In this document: positions 56,678 to 64,000 of the stretch, piece by piece
Layout: each line of letters opens with the position of its first letter
Numbering within the stretch: the first letter of the stretch is position 1
Assembly (NCBI GenBank): GCA_963693365.1
Contig: CAVNZM010000012.1
Coordinates: forward strand, 3,755,292-3,819,291
DNA: 64,000 nucleotides
Direction of reading: 5' to 3'
Origin: Amoebidium appalachense
Taxonomy: Eukaryota > Protista > Ichthyosporea
Position numbers and translations under genes: made by a program
Notes under the pieces: model-generated
What the model saw: only the letters and a program-made list of their open reading frames with translations
Told to the model about the DNA's origin: nothing
Databases searched by the model: none

Positions 56678-57431
56678 AAACCGATTGCCGATCGGGCGAA
56701 ATTACGAAAGGTTTTATGTCGCATCGAGGCGCACAACAACAGTAAGCATCTTCTGACCCCGACAATCAATTTTCAATTGATTCGATTTGTGAAACGCGAT
56801 TGCTATTATAAAATAGTAAAAAGGAACTTTGAAAAATCACTATGAAAGATTTTTTTCATATTATTGTTGAACTCTTTCTTCACTGTGTGGCCGTTTTTCT
56901 TCTTTTTCTTCCCTTAGAGCTTCTTCCTTTTTTCTTTTTCCTTTTTCTTTTTTTGTGGTTGCTGTTGTTGCTGCTTGGTTCCGGTGTACTCTTTCCTCAC
57001 ACAGTTGAATTGTGTGCACATTTTTTGAAACTTTGAGATCGGATTTCATTTTCTCTTCTATTGGGAATTCTCGTTCTCCATCTCTTTTTTTTAAGGCTTG
57101 GGTAGCCACGGATGGCATGTTGCGTCTCTATATTGTGGCTCAGATTTGGATTGATATCATAGCTTCATTGGGTTCATTGTACATGTGCACACACGGGTAA
57201 AACGAAGCACCTACAATAATACCAGACACACACTTGTACATCGCGGGACGCTGGTACCGTGCCCTCACAAACAAGAACACACACGTCACACACACGGTGA
57301 CACACCTACACCGATAGCATGTACAACCTGGCATACACGCGACATCGTAACCTTAAAAAAAGCACACATGCGCATGCAAGCGTGTGCGTGTCACACACAC
57401 ACACACGTACACACACACACACACGTACACG

Positions 57432-57482
<51 letters not shown>

Positions 57483-58396
57483 CCGCGCACACGCACACGC
57501 ACACACACACATGCGCGCGCACACACACACACACGCACACACACACAAACATTTCGCCAAATGCAATAACATGAACACTGACAGTTTGTTAGCCGCACAC
57601 ACACACCTGGGCTTGAGCAATGAAATCTCAGTTGCGACATCTCATGGTAAATATTGGAAATGTAAACACATTTTCTTGTGTTGTTTTCAATTGTATAGTC
57701 TATTTTGATGCCGCATGGCAATCAGATGTATATACAGTAACTGAGCTTTTTTATCGTTCCGCTCGTGTTATTCATGATGAACCGTGTACATAGTATTTTG
57801 TGCAGGCCCTTTTCCAACTGTGTATTAATATGTCGATGTATTTAAATACCACGAGGGCAGCCTCGGATTGCTATTGTTTGGGCCATGCATGTACTAATAT
57901 GTCAGCATAAGTAGTGCCCCACAAACAAAATGGGAACATGGTGGGCTGCTGATGCTGCTGCTGTTTGATGCATATACTACAATTATCGTAACATGCAAAT
58001 ACCATATGCACGTGTTTTCATGCAACAAAAAGGCATGTAATTAAAATACCCAGAAGTAAAGGTGCCCTGTTTTCAAATTGTAATTCGCTGTCGGTAACCC
58101 TCCATGGTCGAAATTGCTGTGGAATTAGTTTGTATTTGCCACTGGGAATGAATCAAATGAATGCAATTGCACATACACCATCTCGACGTACGTGACCCCC
58201 CCCTCCCCCCCCCCCCCCCCCCCCCCCTCCCCCAACCCCCACCCCCCGTACTTACGATTGCATCCAAACCTCCCCCCCCCCCCCATGTGACATGGAAACA
58301 CATTTCGGAATGTTCACAAGGTCAAAAGGACGACATGACCCATGGCGTGTGCATATATCCTGGCCTGCTGTCTACTGTGCGCAAGCTATATTCCTA

Positions 58397-58443
<47 letters not shown>

Positions 58444-59225
58444 TTTTACAACACTTTTTGTCAAGTTGCGCCGATATTGCCCTGGGCCGCGGCCCGTGGG
58501 AAGTTGTGCAGTTTAACCCTGTCGAGTTCGCTGTGTGCAATCTCTTTAAGTAATAAATTCTTACGGCTCGCATGCACATTGAGTCGTGCATTGCTACTGC
58601 ACCTAACTGCCCCACACACATGGACCGCGTGCACACATGTCAATGGACCTGCCCGGCCCGGTCCGTGCAGTTGTGCTGGAACACCTAGTACCTATGCTAT
58701 GCCATGAATATACCTGATGCACTTGCACCACTGTACATGTGACGGCAGATGGCCATGTTTAGCCCACTTCCATGGGACATGTACGAAGATTAAACGTTGT
58801 GGCAAAACGGAGCTGGATTTTGGAGCTCGTACCCAAGTCTTCCGAGTCGGATTGCCAGGAACAGATCTGGAGCAAAAATCCTGAAGTCGATAAATAGTAA
58901 CCAAAACCAGGCGGCCCGGGCTTGTTTATCCACACGATTAACAGTTTCAGTAATCTATTTATTTGTCCAGAGCACTGCGGCAGGCAGCGAGTTGTGGGGT
59001 TGGAAGGTTGAGGGGGCCCCTGGGGGAGGGGGGGTTGGCCAATATGGGGGGGGGGGGGGGGGGGGGGGGGGGGGAACCTCGGCAGGGGGGGGGGGGGGGG
59101 GAGGGAGGGGGGAAAGGGTTGGATAGTAGAACGCAATTCACGCTAACACAACGGGGAACTTGAGGATGCAAATACGCAAAGCAAGGGTGGGAAGGAGGGG
59201 CGGGGGGTGGGTGGGTGGGTGGGAA

Positions 59226-59258
<33 letters not shown>

Positions 59259-59543
59259 GGAAGGGACAGAGGGAGAGAGAGAGAGAGTGTGTGTGTGATC
59301 AGAGCTAGATCTAGAGCGAGAGACAAGTCTCAAGAGAGCACGCACACACACACACACACACGAGCGGGCGCCCCAGGGTAGGGTGGGGTGTGGGTAGGTG
59401 GGTGGGTGGGGGGGGGGGAGGACAGAGACAGAGAGAGTGATCAGAGCTAGAGTGAGAGGCGTAACACACACACACACCAAGCGCACACGCACACGCACAC
59501 ACACGCACCCACACACAGACACAGACACAGACACAGACACAGA

Positions 59544-59574
<31 letters not shown>

Positions 59575-59935
59575 GGAGGGAGAAAGAATGAGTGTGTGTG
59601 AGACTACAGAGAGGAAGGGAGGGGAGGGGGGGGGGGGGGGGGGGAGGGGGGAGGGAGGGGGCAGGGGGAAGGCTGGTTTCGGAGTCGACGAACTAATGTG
59701 ATTTGTGCTCATGAAATCAGTCTTGACAACACCATCACACACTTCAAACACTCAGTATGTTCCAACCCACCGAACCAGCGGGGGATATGGTCATTTCTAT
59801 TTATATTTGCCAGTTAGTGATGTGTGATATTTAACTTTCTATGTAGTCATGTATACTCCAAAGCTTACATGATTGCCTGCCTGTGTGCGGACATTAAGCG
59901 TATGTCTCTCTCTCTCTCTCACTCACTCACTCACA

Positions 59936-60014
<79 letters not shown>

Positions 60015-60322
60015 CGTGCTTGTGCCCGTTCATGTGAATCACATTGTAGCAAGCACCACAGTGTCTCATGTGTGCAAGCGTGTATGTGACTGTGAGGTAT
60101 GAGCGTGCATTTGTGCATTTGCCGAATGTTCATGCATGCTATTCCCAATCATGTTTCACACCTACAGAACGTTTCATGTCGCAGATCTGCCGATGTGGCC
60201 ACGCCATGTGTTTGCACGATTTGCATACGTCCTGCCTGTGTGCTACATAAGTCAAGCCTCATGTTGTGCATAGTATCACTGGAAATCATCTCTATCCTCT
60301 TTTTGCATACAATTTCAACTAC

Positions 60323-60482
60323 TTATACGTCGAACAAAGAGGCCGATAGGCTGCTGGGAGAGATAAATGACGGGGGGTAGTGGGAAGGAGGTTGAACAGG
60401 TGACACAAGACAATTAGTTATAAAGCAAAAAAAAAAACAAAAACAGGGGAAAGCACTAGGGTGTGTGTGTGTATGTGTGTGA

Positions 60483-60521
<39 letters not shown>

Positions 60522-60710
60522 GGGGGGGGGGGGGAAGGGTTTGATAGGCAGGGGGGTCTAGGAAGGAAAATTATGAAAATTACTGCTCGAGTAATCTCCT
60601 CCGAGCTACGACGTAGCTGAGAACAGCTAGCACAGCCATTTGCAGGAAAAGGGGGGTCAGTGGCGCTGCACAGCTGATGTCCTGTCTGTTGATGAGGGTC
60701 TGTGTGTGGG

Positions 60711-60789
<79 letters not shown>

Positions 60790-60818
60790 GTGTGTGTGTG
60801 AGTGAGTGAGTGAGTGAA

Positions 60819-60880
<62 letters not shown>

Positions 60881-61702
60881 CGCGCGCATGTGAGGTGTGT
60901 CGCCGATTGGCCGTAAGGGGAGGCAGAGCAAAGAGCAGAGTTTGGGGGGGGGGGGGGGGGGGGGGGAGAGGATGTGTGTGTTGGTGAGAAAAAAGGGCCA
61001 CACTACAGCAAAAGAACATTTCGCTGGTACTTAAGGGTATTAAAGGGATAGGGTAGAGGGCGCCTGTGTGAATGCCGAATATTGTATCTTTCAAACTGTA
61101 CATCACGGTTGTGCGATTTATGGAACAGGTGTGCTCGTGTAGATCTGGTAAGAGGAAAATGGCCCTGCAGGGGGTGGAACAGAAGAAAAACATCTAGAAA
61201 CAAGTAGACAGAGAGGGATTTCAACACGGCATAGCTACCCCGGTTAGAGGTGGGGAGGTGATATGAGAGGTTGCGAGAAGGAAGAAGCAGGAGGGGAAGG
61301 GGGGGGGGGGGGAGAAGAGAAGGAAGGGGAGGGAAGAGGGGGGGGGGAGGGGGGAGAAGGGGAGAGGGAGAGGGAGAGAGAGAGAGAAAGAGAGAAAGAG
61401 AGAGAGAGAGATCGAGGCAAGAGAGACGTGGGAAAGAAGAGAGGAAAAAAAGTGAAGAAAAAAAAGAAAAAGAAGAAAAGGACACCCACCAACAAGGATG
61501 AGAACAGGTGTGATGCGAGGACCACGGCAGCCAGTGCCCAGTTTCTTGTGTCGTAGGCGTTGAGGCCAATGACCATCCACACAATGTTCAGCAGCGTGAA
61601 CACGTTGGCTGTCAGCGCTGTACATCCAAAAACACACGGTGAAAAGACACGCGAATACACACGATTGCATCCACCTGTCAGCACACTACAAGAGGCACTA
61701 TA

Positions 61703-61733
<31 letters not shown>

Positions 61734-61796
61734 CATCCCCCCCAAACAAAAAAAAAAAGAAAAAGAAAAAAGAAGAAGTAAAGAAAAGAAAAAACC

Positions 61797-61873
<77 letters not shown>

Positions 61874-62077
61874 CGCACACCAACAACCACCCAGGACATT
61901 TTAACCCACACAGACACATTCCCCCCCCCCCCCCGCCGCCGGGTCAAAAACTACAATTCTCATGGTAAGCGGTATTGGCGATCAAATAGATTTGCACATC
62001 CATTCCTCCCAATCGACTTCACAAATACCTCCGTACGTGCATGTTTATGTGTGCACACACCCTAGTGTATGTGTGAC

Positions 62078-62132
<55 letters not shown>

Positions 62133-62242
62133 TTTGCACGCATGTGTGTGTGTGTGTGTGCGCGCGTGTGCGTGTGCGTGTGTGCACACATGTGTGGTGC
62201 GTGTGGGGGGTGTATGTGTGTATGTGTGTGTGTGTGTGTGTT

Positions 62243-62297
<55 letters not shown>

Positions 62298-62523
62298 ATG
62301 TTCGTGTGTGTGAGTGTATGTGGTGTGTGTGTGTGCATGTGCACATGTATGTGTGTTTCTGAGGGGATCGGAGGGAGAAGGGTGAAGGGAGATGGTACCT
62401 GATATGAGAAAAAAGCTCTGATTTGGGCACCCGGGGGAGCGGAGAGTACCAGGGCCCAAAGCCTCAGTGAGAACACTGTTGTACTGCATGAGGATACTGA
62501 CGACACCAAACCCGAGACCACCC

Positions 62524-62613
<90 letters not shown>

Positions 62614-62817
62614 AACGAGTAGACGGGGGGTAAGGGAGGGAGGAGGGTGTGTAAGTGAGTGAGTGAGTAGGTTGGAGGGAGCAAGGTTGACTGCATGAGT
62701 GAGTGTGTGAAAAAAAAAAGGGGTGAGTGAATGAATGAGTTAGTAAGCCAGCGTATGAGTGACATGTGTGTATGTTTAACGTGTGTGTGTATGTATTTTT
62801 AGTAATTTTTATTATTA

Positions 62818-62911
<94 letters not shown>

Positions 62912-63172
62912 GGAAGGGTTGGAGGGTGCGGGTGGGCCGGGGCAGGGGGAGGGAGGAGTGGGAGAGGGGGAGGGGGTGTGGGTGGGGGTGTAAACGTCAG
63001 TTGGAAACTAAAGAAAGCAAAATTGTGGTTGCTGGATGAACATGTATTCGGTCACAGAACGATACTGGGGGTGAGGTGATAGCGGAGGGGGGGCTTTAGT
63101 GTATCGTAAGGTAGGTCAAGCCCACACCGGGAACGGGCTGGGGCATGGGGTTGGAGGGTGGAGGGGGAGAGG

Positions 63173-63223
<51 letters not shown>

Positions 63224-63358
63224 GATTCAGAAAGAATACGCTATAAAAGGGTGAGTGATTGCTAAAAGTGTGCAAAAGGAAAAAACGTTTGGTGGAAGAG
63301 TGCATCATGTCGTTCAACGACCTGTAGAGCTACAGAGTGTATGTCCGTGTCCCTTCAA

Positions 63359-63455
<97 letters not shown>

Positions 63456-63583
63456 CGCTCGTCTCTGTGGTGTGAATGGGAGGAGGGGTTTGACGGGAAA
63501 AACTACCGAGAGCCACTTGTTGCCGGGTGGCCATGGGTGTGTGTTGGGTGTTGAGAATGGCTTTCAAACCCTGCTCGGATTTC
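60323..63583 (-). CDS. APH1: Gamma-secretase subunit APH-1, 3' part (5' exons outside the window or unrecognised)
   Basis: Exons: 63583-63507 ([15 protein letters not shown]), 62524-62399 ([28 protein letters not shown]), 61617-61490 ([32 protein letters not shown]), 60699-60584 ([20 protein letters not shown]), and a probable last exon 60353-60323 (or a stop at 60580). The GxxxG motif, LGPG and SHL match APH-1, and the phases are compatible. Confidence 0.85.
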
Positions 63584-64000
63584 CTGTCCAAACATATTTT
63601 TCCGATAAGCCTCACTATACCCAAGCTCTTCACAATGGTGCACAAGATATTACAACCAACCCTCCCCCCCCCCCCCCCCCCCCCCCTCCTCCCCTTCCCC
63701 CTCTCCCCCCTCTCCCCCTTCATCCCCACCGCGCCTGGGCCCCTACCCTGCCAACCATTTCGACTCTCCCACAAACCTATCCATCTCTACACAGTACTAC
63801 GACTCCCAAGCAATATAAAACTTAAAAAAAAGAAAATGAAGAAGAGAGTAAAGCGACCGTATCAAGTTGCACCTGCATTTCCATACATCCCCCCTCCCCC
63901 CTCCCCCTCCCCCCTCCTCGCCCCCTTCCGCCCTCCATCCCTAGGCCCCTTTCTCCTCTTGATGTCTCTTATTTCGGATTCACGAACACAAAGCATGTAG

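Noticed and set aside
58290-59800. Possible additional minus-strand gene fragments (e.g. IFAPDLFLAIRLGRLGY)
   Set aside because: I could not assemble phase-consistent exons or recognise a family; left unannotated.
62995-63325. Exon-like segments inside an APH1 intron
   Set aside because: The flanking APH1 exons already join in phase with no gap in the family alignment.

Overview
Eukaryotic, intron-rich genomic DNA full of poly-C/poly-G and (CA)n tracts. A receptor tyrosine kinase together with a single-bromodomain TAF1 suggests a unicellular holozoan such as an ichthyosporean (inference). Most ORFs in the supplied track are microsatellite read-throughs. By manual exon stitching I find four host genes: a 3-exon ubiquitin-specific protease (3189-5184,+), a ~42-exon TAF1 (6079-38045,+), a ~21-exon receptor tyrosine kinase with a DUF11-like ectodomain (43823-56677,+) and the 3' part of gamma-secretase subunit APH-1 (60323-63583,-). 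Two accessory signals stand out. (1) The first 2.64 kb looks like the terminus of an integrated virus-like or mobile element: a tandem-repeat array, two short intronless divergent ORFs (one with two C3H zinc-ribbon motifs), a (C5-7TG)n array and a perfect 361-bp GC-rich palindrome with nested GNA-loop mini-hairpins, resembling an unfolded hairpin end. (2) A 5'-truncated Penelope-like RT fragment occurs with many short structured repeats that show compensatory base changes and always end at a poly-C tract, suggesting a (C)n-associated retroelement family populating the introns. Exon coordinates were read by eye and may be off by a few bases.
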